NCBI GenBank assembly: GCA_964035545.1
Contig: OZ037767.1
Location: 321,680 to 385,679, forward strand
Direction: 5' to 3'
From: Bugula neritina
Lineage: Eukaryota; Animalia; Bryozoa
DNA length: 64,000 bases
Numbering within the stretch: position 1 is the first letter of the stretch; each line of letters starts with the position of its first letter. The notes under the pieces were generated by a model, which did no database searches, was not told where the DNA came from, and worked only from the letters and a program-made list of their open reading frames with translations. The translations under genes were made by a program, and so were the position numbers. Positions 39,912 through 60,341 of the stretch are shown here, one piece after another.

Positions 39912-42900
39912 ATGAATGCAGTTGCAGTGCCAGGTGTTAGATCAAGTAATTATGTAGTGAAAAGAGTGCAAACAATTTTAAACGTAAGTAATCCAAATAT
40001 TTCTAAAAACGTATTCTTAAACAATAAGAATGTAAGCATAGTATTGCTATTAGTTATACTTTTTGAAACTTATTGCTTACTGAAATTAAAATGTACAGCT
40101 AATCACTAATCGTCTTCAGTATCAGTGTGAGTTGTCACTGACTCAGCAACTAGGTAAACAAGCTTTAATTAATTATTATTTATATGACTGATTTTCTGTT
40201 TGAAGTCAAATTGAAGTTGTACTGAACCAGAGAGAATAGAGAATAAATTATTTTTCACTAATAATATCCATGTCTATTGGATTATGTTCAGTTCTAAAAC
40301 TGGAACTATATTGGAATCATACAAATGTTACTTCATGAGACAGATATGCACCGATTTCTGTAGAGGCTGCAGCACACCATGACGCTGTCCAAGTCTAAGA
40401 AATCTCTGCCAGAAGTTACCATACCACAATATATTTTGAAAAAGCGGCGAGAGAAGATTCGGAAAAGAGCCGAGAGTCGTATCGAGAGAAAGGCTACTAA
40501 CTCACCTCTTATCATTTCCTGTAAGCGCAAAGAGCTGAATCATTACCGAGACAACATTTACGTTGAGAACGAACAAGATACGATCCCGCTAAAGTTCTTA
40601 GCTTCTGGGGGCTGGCTGCATTACAAGTCAAAGGGAGATTACTTCTCAATCAATCCACATGCAAAGGTGAATAGCAGTGGTTCTTGAGTTAGTGGGTAGT
40701 TGGGACGTGTGATATAGTGTGTGGTGGTGTGAGGTATAAGTAAGGTAGTGTGAGGTATAAGTAAGGTAGTGTGAGGTATAAGTAAGGTAGTGTGAGGTAT
40801 AAGTAAGGTAGTGTGAGGTATAAGTAAGGTAGTGTGAGGTATAAGTAAGGTAGTGTGAGGTATAAGTAAGGTAGTGTGAGGTATAAGTAAGGTAGTGTGT
40901 GGTATAAGTAAGGTAGTGTGAGGTATAAGTAAGGTAGTGTGAGGTATAAGTAAGGTAGTGTGAGGTATAAGTAAGGTAGTGTGAGGTATAAGTAAGGTAG
41001 TGTGAGGTATAAGTAAGGTAGTGTGAGGTATAAGTAAGGTAGTGTGAGGTGTAAGTAAGGTAGAGGTATAAGTAAGGTAGTGTGAGGTATAAGTAAGGTG
41101 GTGTGAGGTATAAGTAAGGTAGTGTGAGGTATAAGTAAGGTAGTGTGAGGTATAAGTAAGGTAGTGTGAGGTATAAGTAAGGTAGAGGTATAAGTAAGGT
41201 AGTGTGAGGTATAAGTAAGGTAGTGTTATCATGATCTACTTAATACGCTGTAGAAAGATTATCTCCATAAATATAAGAAGTTTTCTGACCTGGGACTGGG
41301 TGATCCGATACTGGATGTCATCAAGTCTAAAGGTTTGGCTAATCCCAGTCATATACAGGTGAGTGACACACACCTGTAGCACATGACACACACCTGTAAC
41401 ACATGACATACACCTGTAACACATGACACACACCTGTAACACATGACACACACCTGTAACACATGACACACACCTGTAACACATGACACACACCTGTAAC
41501 ACATGACATACACCTGTAACACATGACACACACCTGTAACACATGACACACACCTGTAACACATGACACACACCTGTAACACATGACACACACCTGTAAC
41601 ACATGACACACACCTGTAACACATGACACACACCTGTAACACATGACACACACCTGTAACACATGACACACACCTGTAACACATGACACACACCTGTAAC
41701 ACATGACACACACCTGTAACACATGACACACTATATAGCTGTAGTATTGCGGCAGCACACACAGACTTAGAGTTACTACTTGCAGGTGGAGGCAATTCCC
41801 CCGATACTGAGTCTGTCTAATGTGATATGTGCAGCAGAAACTGGGGGCGGGAAGACGTTGGCCTACCTGCTGCCTATACTGCACAGACTACACACATCCA
41901 GGTGTGTGGGGAATGCTGCCGGATCCTGTCCTCGGGCCGTAGTTCTCCTCTCCTCTAAGGAGCTAGCTAATCAAGTGGCGGTAAGTAGGGGCAGCGTATC
42001 TCATCTCTCGAGTGAATGGCAGCGTGTCACGTCTCTCCAGTAAACAAGCTGTATCACATCTCTTGTCATGTTATGAGTCATACTGTATTCTGTAGAGTGT
42101 GGCTCAGGAAGTTGCCTCCCCTTTACAACTGAATGTTTTGAATTTGACTGGAGCTGAGTATCTACATGTAAGTTACAAGTTTGTACTTACTACTTACTTA
42201 CTACTCTACTACTTGCTACCTACTTACTACTCTACAACTCTACTACTTACTACCTACTTACTACTAGCTACTTACTACTCTATTACTGATTACACTTTCT
42301 ATCCCGTACCTACTATCTCTACTCTACTATGAACTAATGCAAAGTTTATATTCCTTGCATACTGTATACTTACTATGAACATTAGAGTCTATGAATAGAA
42401 ATATGAGTCATTACTGATACTGCTGTCTCTATGCACCTGCTTGACTCTACTTCCTGTAGAAGGAGATCCGTCGCCTGAAATCCAGCCCCAGGAGCATAGA
42501 CGTGTTAGTAGCCACCCCCGGAAGTTTGAACATTGCCCTTCAGTCTGGGGCTATTTCCCCGGCTCTTGTCAACCACGTCGTGATAGACGAGGCCGACACG
42601 CTTATGGATGACAGCTTCAGTGGCTTGACGGCTCATATACTGCGTCAGCTGTCGGTGTGTGGTACTTACACTGTAGTATACTTACACTATAGCATACTTA
42701 CACTATAGTATACTTACACTATAGTATACTTACACTGTAGTATACTTACACTGTAGTATACTTACACTATAGCATACTTACACTATAGTATACTTACACT
42801 ATAGTATACTTACCCTGTAGTATACTTACACTACTATTGTAGATGAAACAATCAGGTATACAAGGCATGCAGATTGTCCTAGCAAGTGCCACGATGCCCT

Positions 42901-45422
42901 CTGATTTAACCGCCCTGGACGACACTATCAGTGTAGACAGCTTTACTCATTGCACCACTGAGCACTTGCACCAGCTACTTGGGCATATCACCCAGAAGTT
43001 TGTTAGACTCGGTCATGCAGACAAACCTGGTAAGGCTACATTGCTATGCATTTCTGTACACTCCCTATACTTTATACTCTATACTCTATAGTGTACATAT
43101 ACTGCAATATTTGTAGCCACGTTATTTTGAGAGGAGTTGTCTTTTCATTTTAAGTTGCGTAATATAGTGAGTATAATAGGGTTTGTCTCCCCTGACTTGA
43201 ATATTTTTCTTTTAATGATTAGTTTTTATATATTTTTTTCAATATTTCTCTTTAAATTTGTTGATTAATATTACTCACTTATGTATTTCCTTAAGTAGCA
43301 AACAGTTTTTCCGCGATTTATTGATGTAATGTGTTATTTTATGATTTACACACCACAGTATTCTAACATTCTAAATAGTTAGGTTCGTGAACAGAACGTT
43401 GTAAGGTCAAGATCATACTCTTAGGGATCATTTCTATAGTATGAATCGCAAGGATCTCAACATCATTTTGAGTCCTGACCCAAACCACGATGATGAGGCG
43501 TAGCGTCAGCTCCTGAGCGCGAAGCGGGCACGCGGTGTTTATCCTTCGGATTGACTGCCACGTGCCATTGATGACCGTTCCTCAGGCTCTTCAGTAGCCT
43601 GCAGGAGGGAGCTGACGCATGCTGAGTGGTTCATAATAAAACAAACAAAAACAAATCCTGGTCTATTGGAATAGGGAAAAATGGCAAACGAGCTATAGCT
43701 GGCTATACTAGCTACTCTATTATGAAATTGCATGTCCTCATAGCTGGGAAATGTAGGTGTTGTGTTTTGTCAGGAGCAGTTTAAATTCTAAACATATTTA
43801 AATGAGTTGAGTGACTGCTACCATCCTCAGAGTGCTGATGTGATTAATTTTGGTCGGTAACCTATTTGACTAAAGTCAGACCTGTCCATGTTGTTACAAG
43901 GTGGATCCCAGACCACATTTTCCTCTTCTATTTTAGCTGAAATGGTCAATCTAATAAATAATTCACCTAACAGCACGACAATGGTGTTTGCCAACAGCTG
44001 TGGCACAGCAAAGTACTTAGAAGAGTTGCTGACAGAGCATCAAGTGCCATGTATTCTGCTGCACAGTGCCATGAGGCCAGTAGTAAGTTCGCTAAACTCT
44101 ACGCTGTGTTCTCTATATCTGTATTATCTTCTCTATATTATCTGTATTATATTCTCTATATCTGTATTATATTATCTGTATTATATTATCTATATCGGTA
44201 TTATATTCTCTATATCTGTATTATATTCTCTATATCTGTATTATATTCTCTATATCTGTATTATATTCTCTATATCTGTATTATATTCTCTATATCTGTA
44301 TTATATTCTCTATATCTGTATTATATTCTCCATCTTGATAATGTTGTTTCATCATTTGCTAAGGAACGAGCTGGAAAGTTTGCCGCATTTCAAAATGGAG
44401 AACAAAGGGTGCTAGTCTCTAGCGACGTTGCGTCACGAGGACTCGACACACACAACGTATGTGAACTATGAATATTTATATTGGGTAGATAACTCTCATC
44501 AGTTACTAGTTACATAATAATTGCTCTACATATATGTGCAGGTGTGTCAAGTGATCAACTATAACTTCCCTAAGCACATCTCAGACTACGTCCATAGGGC
44601 TGGCAGAGTGGGTCGTATCAGTAGCATGTCAAGTGGTAAGGTGGTTAGTCTGGTGGGACACAGACCAGAAGTGAACCTAGTCTGGCAGATTGAGGTGAGT
44701 TTAAGGGGTGTAACACACAGTTGGTGTAGTCTAAGGGGTGTGACACACAGTTGGTTTAGTCTGAGGGGTGTGACACACAGTTGATGTAGTCTAAGGAGTG
44801 TAACACAGAGTTGGTGTAGTCTAAGGGGTGTGACACACAGTTGATGTAGTCTAAGGGGTGTGACACACAGTTGATGTAGTCTAAGGGGTGTGACACACAG
44901 TTGATGTAGTCTAAGGGGTGTGACACACAGTTGATGTAGTCTAAGGGGTGTGACACACAGTTGATGTAGTCTAAGGGGTGTGACACACAGTTGATGTAGT
45001 CTAAGGGGTGTGACACACAGTTGGTGTAGTGTAAGGGGTGTGACACACAGTTGGTGTAGTGTAAGGGGTGTGACACACAGTTGGTGTAGTCTAAGGGGTG
45101 TGACACACAGTTGATGTAGTCTAAGGGGTGTGACACACAGTTGATGTAGTCTAAGGGGTGTGACACACAGTTGATGTAGTCTAAGGGGTGTGACACACAG
45201 TTGATGTAGTCTAAGGGGTGTGACACACAGTTGGTGTAGTGTAAGGGGTGTGACACACAGTTGGTGTAGTGTAAGGGGTGTGACACACAGTTGGTGTAGT
45301 GTAAGCCCTAAGAGGTTTATCTCTACTTGCAGAGAGCTGTCAGATCCAACACAGATATCTCACAGTTTCTCGGCATAAAAACCAAGACATTACCCAACAG
45401 AAACAGAAGAAAAGGACAGTGA
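39912..45422 (+). CDS. DDX28: Mitochondrial DEAD-box RNA helicase DDX28-like, 11 exons, ~536 aa
   Basis: Exons 39912-39983, 40364-40666, 41254-41358, 41786-41980, 42096-42167, 42460-42654, 42843-43029, 43937-44082, 44364-44456, 44542-44694, 45333-45422 (1611 nt). Motifs AETGGGKT, ATPG, DEAD, SAT, SRGLD, HRAGRVGR. The N-terminal LASGGWLHYKSKGDYF segment is typical of DDX28. Confidence 0.9.
40726..41225. repeat. 21-bp minisatellite (GTGTGAGGTATAAGTAAGGTA), DDX28 intron 2
   Basis: ~24 copies. Confidence 0.93.
41364..41731. repeat. 20-bp minisatellite (ACATGACACACACCTGTAAC), DDX28 intron 3
   Basis: ~18 copies starting 5 nt after the donor. Confidence 0.94.
42663..42832. repeat. 16-bp tandem repeat (TATACTTACACTRTAG), DDX28 intron 6
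   Basis: ~10 copies filling the intron. Confidence 0.88.
43409..43631 (+). ncRNA. U3: U3 small nucleolar RNA
   Basis: 5' AAGATCATACTCTTAGGGATCATTTCTATAGT (boxes A'/A), box C' (CCACGATGATGA), box B (GAGCGCGAAG), box C (TTGATGA), box D (GCTGA). Terminal stem AACCAC/GTGGTT; internal stems GCGTCAGCTCC/GGAGCTGACGC and GGCACGCGG/CCACGTGCC. Length ~220 nt. Confidence 0.93.
44108..44330. repeat. 20-bp tandem repeat (TTATATTCTCTATATCTGTA), DDX28 intron 8
   Basis: ~11 copies. Confidence 0.88.
44695..45304. repeat. 30-bp minisatellite, DDX28 intron 10
   Basis: RTGTAGTCTAAGGGGTGTGACACACAGTTG, ~20 copies; the first unit begins at the donor GT. Confidence 0.94.
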
Positions 45423-46615
45423 GGCATGATGGGAACCATTTTATTGGTAACATTAAATATGTAACAGTAAATACTCTGTCATACATTTATTTTATAATTA
45501 CAGTGTTAATAAGAATGTGTTACCACGGTGATTACGGCTTTTCTATGCTTATAAAATAATCTAGTAAATGTTCAAAGGGGCTGCATATATAAATACTAAA
45601 AGTAAGGAATTCAGTTTATATGTGATATGTTAGGACTGCAAATCAAATAATAATACAGTGAGAAAATATAACAATGTTATTTGTAAGTTTGTACAGCTCT
45701 ATACAGTGTAAGTGTAAGTGTAAGCGTGGCTCATACCAAATACCACCACAAAATTCATATCAATAAACGTGGCTTTCTGCATATATAAACACCTGCATAA
45801 TAAATTCTACAAAAATGGTAAAAATGGAAGTGTAAATACTGTGTAATTATAGAAGGAAATGAGCTTATTCTAAATATACAAACGCATGGGTTATAAAGTG
45901 AAAGCAAAATATATGAAAGTAATGCAGTGGATTAATTGAACTTCTATGTGATAAATAATAGCTTAGTTACACGTTGGGCTCACTTTAATTACAACAGGCA
46001 GTATGGTGTGTGGTGCTGCCACCCCTAATCTGCATGTCACACACAAACTAGACCTTGGGCTATGCCCAGTCATTACAAATGGCAATACAGGAGTTGCTGT
46101 GTGTAGAAGCACCAATAGGCTAATTAGCTGAAGATCCAAATACCAGTAGCAGTGGGTGAATTCAACTTTGGAGTTATCATCCCGAACTGAAGAGAGACAG
46201 GTTGTGGAGTAGGAGTATTGTGTGCCTACAACACGGTATTCACTTGTATTCAGCCAATCAGCAGCACAGAGTTCAACAGTTCAACAGATGAGTAAATAAG
46301 TTGAGAGGTAATTATGTGCAACAAATCACTGAATTTAACTGGAAATATTCCCAGCTAATACTAGAAGTTGAAATATTTATGTTTTTGCAAAGCACCTGTG
46401 ATGGTATGACATGCAGCACCTGTTTTTTGCTCATAAAAGTTAATAAATAGAAGGTTCAGTCTTTGATCTGGCCAACTCAGACACAAGTGATTTATATTGA
46501 GAGTAGCTGTCAGCTGATAGCTGCTTCATAAATAAACCCAAACTTTCTCTACTGAAGGGAGACTGGGAACCAACCTTTACAGAAGTATGCGGTGTGGGGG
46601 AGTACGTAGCTCATC

Positions 46616-54194
<7,579 letters not shown>

Positions 54195-57100
54195 GCTGGC
54201 ACCTGGCAGTCACTACATGTGTGGTGTATCCAGTGAGGTGTTGGCAGTCACTGAGTGAGTGACTGAGACTGTGGGTGACTGAGACTATACAGTGAGTGCA
54301 GGTATTGATAACTTGTGTCAGTGAATAGTGGTTAGTTATTAGGCTCAGTATCAACTTCTAACTGTAATAAAATAAAACACCGTAGAAGATGTGCACAACC
54401 ACAAGTTAAGATTATGTCCCCACAGGTCAAGTGGGCCGACAGCAACGAATAATGCTGCCTCTGTGCCAGAGGTCAGTTCACTAGTTGGCATTACGCCAAA
54501 CTGGTGTACAACATAAAATCACATCTGTACAGCATCACCTTGCAAATGTAGTAATACCACTAGTAGTAGTAGTAAAACTAGTACTACTACTAGTACTAGT
54601 AATGTTAGTAATAGTACTAACATTAGTAGTACTATTACTGCTAGTAATAGTACTAGTACCAACAGTACTAGTACTAGTAGTGCTAGCAACTAATAAACTC
54701 AATGTAAATCAACAGCCTGTCCCCAATACATGTTTTCAATATGAATAATCAAATTCCTGCCACAATATATGTAATAAATGAATCAGTTACGGTATTCATT
54801 CAGAGAGTGGATATAGATCAGCCCCCTGGAACACAGCTGACCTATTTAGGGCAGCACGTGGTTGTCAGGGACGTAGAGAAAAGTCTAACCTACACTGGAC
54901 AATGAGTTATCACTCATCAAACATTCCCCTTTCTAAGTAACAGCTTTACTTAATCCTATAATGAATGCATAAATCAGGGTAGCAGTGTTTACTTTATGTT
55001 TGAAGATTTCTACTGGCTATGAGATATCCTCAGTGGAAGAAGTTAAGAATGCATCCTATCTACCCTCACCCCGCTTTAAAGCAGCAAATATTTCACTGAA
55101 ACATGGAAATCAAATGTGTTCAAGAAATATCTACTAACTAGTCTTGAAATTCTGCAATCAATCAATTGATAGCATAGCTTTCCACAACTCAGCACATCCT
55201 ACTGTAGCTGTATGCCATCCCCTGTTTGTGACACCGCAGAATAACCCTACCCTCCCCTCCTGACAACAGAATAACCCTACCCTCCCCTCCTGACAGCAGA
55301 ATAACTCTCCCCTCCTGACAGCAGAATAACTCTACCCTCCCCTCCTGACAACAGAATAACCCAAACCCCTCCCCTCGGGCATCTGCTCCATTATCTGACG
55401 ACCAGTAATTTATACCTCTTGAGACAGTTAAAGTGATTGACTTGACATCGTGTATAGAAATGTAACAGAGAGAAGGGTTAGGGAGTTGTAAACTGTGTGT
55501 GAGCAAATGAGACTTTAATGACACATTTATTTGATGCAAGGTCGCTCTACATTGTAAATACATTTTACAGCGTAATAAACATTGTTTTGATCTAAACAGT
55601 AAATCTCAAGTGATAAAGAAGTCTAGTTGGTAGACCATAAGCATTGTCTGGTGACATTTGCTAGCTACAGAGTTGTCAGTGGACAGCACTAACTAGATAT
55701 ATATGAACAGATACTATCAACTACCAGTAGTATACTAATATAACACAAGTGATGGTGTATTCACTGTGATACTAACAGAGTACAGCAAGTATTATACTAT
55801 GAAACTTTGCATTATTACACAAGTTGAAGTTTAATTTGACTAATAATCAACCTAATAAACAAGATATGCATGAAATTAATTTATGAAATTTAATTGCAGT
55901 TCTGCTGAGTTGAGTGGTTGGGCTGAGTGTTTACTTTAGGACTAGCAGCTACTGCTATCTTCATCTCTAAATACCTTGAAGAGAAATCTCATTAGACTGG
56001 AATGCACTATAAGTGGATAAGCAGATTAGTGCAAGTGATGCATTGTGATAATGAAAAGTTTTATCTTACTAAATTCCATGAGTTATTCTCATAGCTATAA
56101 TTGTAAGTGTATTCAAAGTGAAGTATACTAATAGACACGTATTAATTTATTCATTAGTTACAGTAGTAGCACTAGTTGCCGAAGTTACTATTACTGTAAA
56201 ATTAATATAGTACAGGTTAACAAGTAAAACAATAGCTACAAAGTGAATAAACAACACGTACATATGACTATGAGTGTCAGTATAAGAGTAACTGATTAAC
56301 TTTAAATCTTAACACTTACTCTTGCAGTCAGCATTAATAATAATATTACTTCAAGTTTACACTACAGTGTTCGTTATAAGTTAATGGTAGACTTGGAATG
56401 TACTATTATCTATAACTACGAGTATAATTAATAAATAAATTTTAATCGGATCATAATGATGATATTATTGATAATCCTACTCATACTGATACTGATAGTG
56501 ATTAACTTATTAAGCAACTCGTAGTAATAACTAATACTAATAGTAATAGTGATAGTAATAGATATATTTATAATAATTATAATAATCTATAACATTAACA
56601 ATAAGTGAATAACACTACTGAGTAGACTACTGTATAACACTAAGTTTAACTATAAGTATAATTATAATAACAATTATTATAATTTATAAGCAATTTACTT
56701 TAAGTATTACTATTACTATTAGTATTATACTAACTATTGTCTATTACTATTAGTATTACTATTACTATTAGTATTAGTATTACATTTAGTGATTTACTAT
56801 TAGATTTAGTATAACCATCGCTATAAGTATAAGTATAAGTATAACTCACCAACTGTATAACAGTAACAGTAACTATAACTATTAACTATAAGTAATAGTA
56901 GTACAATAGTATTAGTAATACTAATACTAATAGTTATAGTAATACTATTCAATTTCATTAGTAATACTTTAAATTTGACACTTTAACTTTAAGTTTAAGT
57001 TTAAAAATAAACTAAACTCTAAAGCCAAAGGATCACTTGTAGTTGTATTTGTAATGAACTTGTATTACTATTAGTATTACGTCTTACTCTTAGTAAAAAA

Positions 57101-58250
57101 ATTAAATGGATGTACATAAAATATTCATATTTATATTAAAATGAGCGTTGTATTTACAAGATAGCTAGCATCAAAAGCTGAGCGGACAAATTCAACTTAC
57201 CGTCCTACTTGAGAAACTGAAAGTAATCTGATCTTGACATGTTGATGGTTTCAATCAAAGCGAAAGGATGCCATCGCTGCGCAAACATCCGGGTGTCTAT
57301 TCTGTCAAGGAATGATAACTCCTACTTTGAACTGCTTTTATTAGGGAAGATAACTGCTAATAACAATCACAGTTTTAAAATAACTTGCACCTGTGTTGTC
57401 AGTCATGAGCTGTAGATAACTGAAAGGGCAGCTTTTTGGGGATATGGGAGCAGCAATGGAGAAATTGAGAAAACCTTGTGTTGTAGATTAGAAATACATC
57501 GCAAGAAATTATGTTCTCACAAAATGTCAACTAAACTCTAAACCAAAATTACGAAAATAAAGGTTCAGCTATTTGATTTCCTCTGCTACTACAACACCTA
57601 AAGTTATAGTGATGTCATTCTTAATGCAGCTTAGAATGATATTTTTTCATAGTGGGGCTTTCCTGGTAGTGCACAAGAAAAGGGCACCCTGCTAGATGTT
57701 GTTGTAGTGTGTATATACACAATAGCTCAGCTCCAACGTGCTGAGCTCAAGATGCAAGGAAGGCTCCTGTAACTGTCTCGTTATATACAGTAACCTCTAC
57801 TGGAGTGTCACCGCACAACAACTAACTGACAAGGAGTTGAAGTCAAACATAAGAAATAACATCTACGGAGAGGTTATACACGTAGTTTATTTAGAGAACA
57901 ATCTTCTGCATGTACAATCATATTACTAGCAGTGAATAGAGAGAAGAACATAAAACACTCCCTGGATTTACTTACTGCATTAAAATTACATTCTATACTA
58001 ACTATGTTCACCATTCATATATAAATATATACTACTACTACTAGCACTGTTAGTATTACTGTGACTACAAGTAGAACTAATAGTAGAGGTGATACTAGTA
58101 GTACTAGCAGTAGCGGTGGTGGTGATACACCAAAATATATAAGCATCATTTACATTTAGTTTGCAGATGAAGACATCCTTGCGTTATAGAATAGAGATAA
58201 ACTGTGCAGCGACTTGACGTGAAGTAATGATTAAGTACAACTTGAGAGAG

Positions 58251-59822
58251 TTAATCAATAAGCTTCTTTGACTTGAAATATCTCCTCAAGTAGAATACTT
58301 GCCAAGTAGCTAGACCCACTAGACAGAGGAGACTAAACACACTGAAGTAGAGCACTCTGGAGTGTGTGGACTCTGCAATAGATATAGCATACTCTGTGTA
58401 ATATATAGTATACTCTGTGTAATATATAGTATACTCTGTGTAATATATAGTATACTCTGTGTAATATATAGTATACTCTGTGTAATATATAGTATACTCT
58501 GTGTAATATATAGTATACTCTGTGTAATATATAGTATACTCTGTGTAATATATAGTATACTCTGTGTAATATATAGTATACTCTGTGTAATATATAGCAT
58601 ACTCTGTGTAACATAGAGTATAATATAATATAGAGTATTATATAATATAGTATCATATAATATAGAGTATTATATAATATACTCACCATTGGTGTCCCTC
58701 ATCTCCTCCTCTCGGGACCTCATATATGCAAAGTCATTGACTATACTCTCACTGAGGTCTTCCAGCTTCCTCAGCTCCTTCTCTAGAGGTTTGAGTTTCT
58801 CAGCCTTGGCGAGGGCGTCGTAGTCTTTCATCTCGTTTCCATGTTTTATATTTAGTGTGACTACTCGGGGACGTGAGTCGCCACCAGGCTCTGTAACACG
58901 TAGTAACTAGTAGAATAATACAGAGTAACTAGTAGAATAATACAGAGTAACTAGTAGAATAATACAGAGTAACTAGTAGAATAATACAGAGTAACTAGTA
59001 GAATAATACAGAGTAACTAGTAGAATAATACAGAGTAACTAGTAGAATAATACAGAGTAAGTAGTAGAATAATACAGAGTAACTAGTAGAATAATACAGA
59101 GTAACTAGTAGAATAATACAGAGTAATTAGTAGAATAATACAGAGAAACTAGTAGAATAATACAGAGTAACTAGTAGAATAATACAGAGTAACTAGTAGG
59201 ATAATACGGAGTAACTCACCCAACTTATTGATGAAGCAAATCTCAAAGAGATCATACTCTTCCACACTGAAGGCAAACACACCATTTAAATTGTTCTTGT
59301 CATTACTAAAGAAGCTGTGATCCCGTGCATCTGTAATCTGAGAAGGGAAGACAATTTGAATATGAATAGTACTTTACACATTGCTAATACTATATACACT
59401 GCACACTATACAGATTGCTAATACTATATACACTATATACTATAAACAACACTAAAACTATATACACTATATACTATACACATTTACTGAGTAACAATAA
59501 GACTCAGTAAGAGTTAGACTTAGAGTTAGATAACGGATAACTATAAGTGACTGTGATGAGGCAGTGATGAGCATCCTGATTCTCATTCGTATAGTCATTT
59601 TGGTTCATGTTGTGCACTTGCCTTTACAGTAGTATGATGTCCATGCACATCAGACAGCTCATAATCTCCTTTCACCAGAGCATGTTTGTGAATTTCTTCT
59701 TTTAAACATCGCTTCCCATTTGCAGGTAACTCAAATTTTAGAGAGCTTGCCAATTGGAAGATGACAACAAAAATAACAACCTGGAGAGTGTTCGCAAACG
59801 CCTTAGTTTGCAGGTCCAACAT
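58251..59822 (-). CDS. TMED10: p24 family cargo receptor TMED10 (Tmp21/p24delta), 4 exons, ~214 aa
   Basis: Exons 59622-59822, 59220-59337, 58687-58890, 58251-58372. GOLD domain [10 protein letters not shown]; coiled coil [43 protein letters not shown]; TM; C-terminal YFKSKKLID dilysine signal. Intron 1 has a GC donor. Confidence 0.95.
58382..58611. repeat. 21-bp tandem repeat (ATATAGTATACTCTGTGTAAT), TMED10 intron 3
   Basis: ~11 copies. Confidence 0.9.
58902..59216. repeat. 22-bp minisatellite (GTAACTAGTAGAATAATACAGA), TMED10 intron 2
   Basis: ~14 copies spanning nearly the whole intron. Confidence 0.92.
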
Positions 59823-60341
59823 TGTTCATAACAATTGCAATAAGATTAGTGTTTAATGAACAACTGCTAAACTGCTGTGCGGCTTAATTAACTTGAAATT
59901 TAAGGCTTGTCAACGATTCACAATCACAATGAAGTGAAATTGTACTTCGAATTAGTTGATGCGCTGGCTTGTTTACGCTGCGGAGTAAAGATTGAACCAA
60001 AATATTTATTTTTATAATTAATACAGTAAACATCTATAAATAAAATGTTTTGTCAATTATTTCAACTGGATATTATTTGTTACTCACAAAATTAACTTAA
60101 AATTTACAAACAACTGTTTTTAAAATCTATCTATAGTTTATAATAAAAATGATAAGAAAATAAATGTACTCTTTGGGTATTCCTGTAAAGAAATGTCAAG
60201 GTTAAACATGCTCACGGTTGCTGTATTCATTGGACAAACGCTTGCTTTTTAAATCATATATTTAAATCATAAGGATAATGCCAAATCACTTCTAATATAT
60301 TGATATATTTAGTATAGATTAACTGCAATCATAATTGATCA

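Noticed and set aside
59550-59582. TGATGA...CTGA C/D box-like motifs
   Set aside because: Spacing is too short and the motifs are antisense to the host gene.
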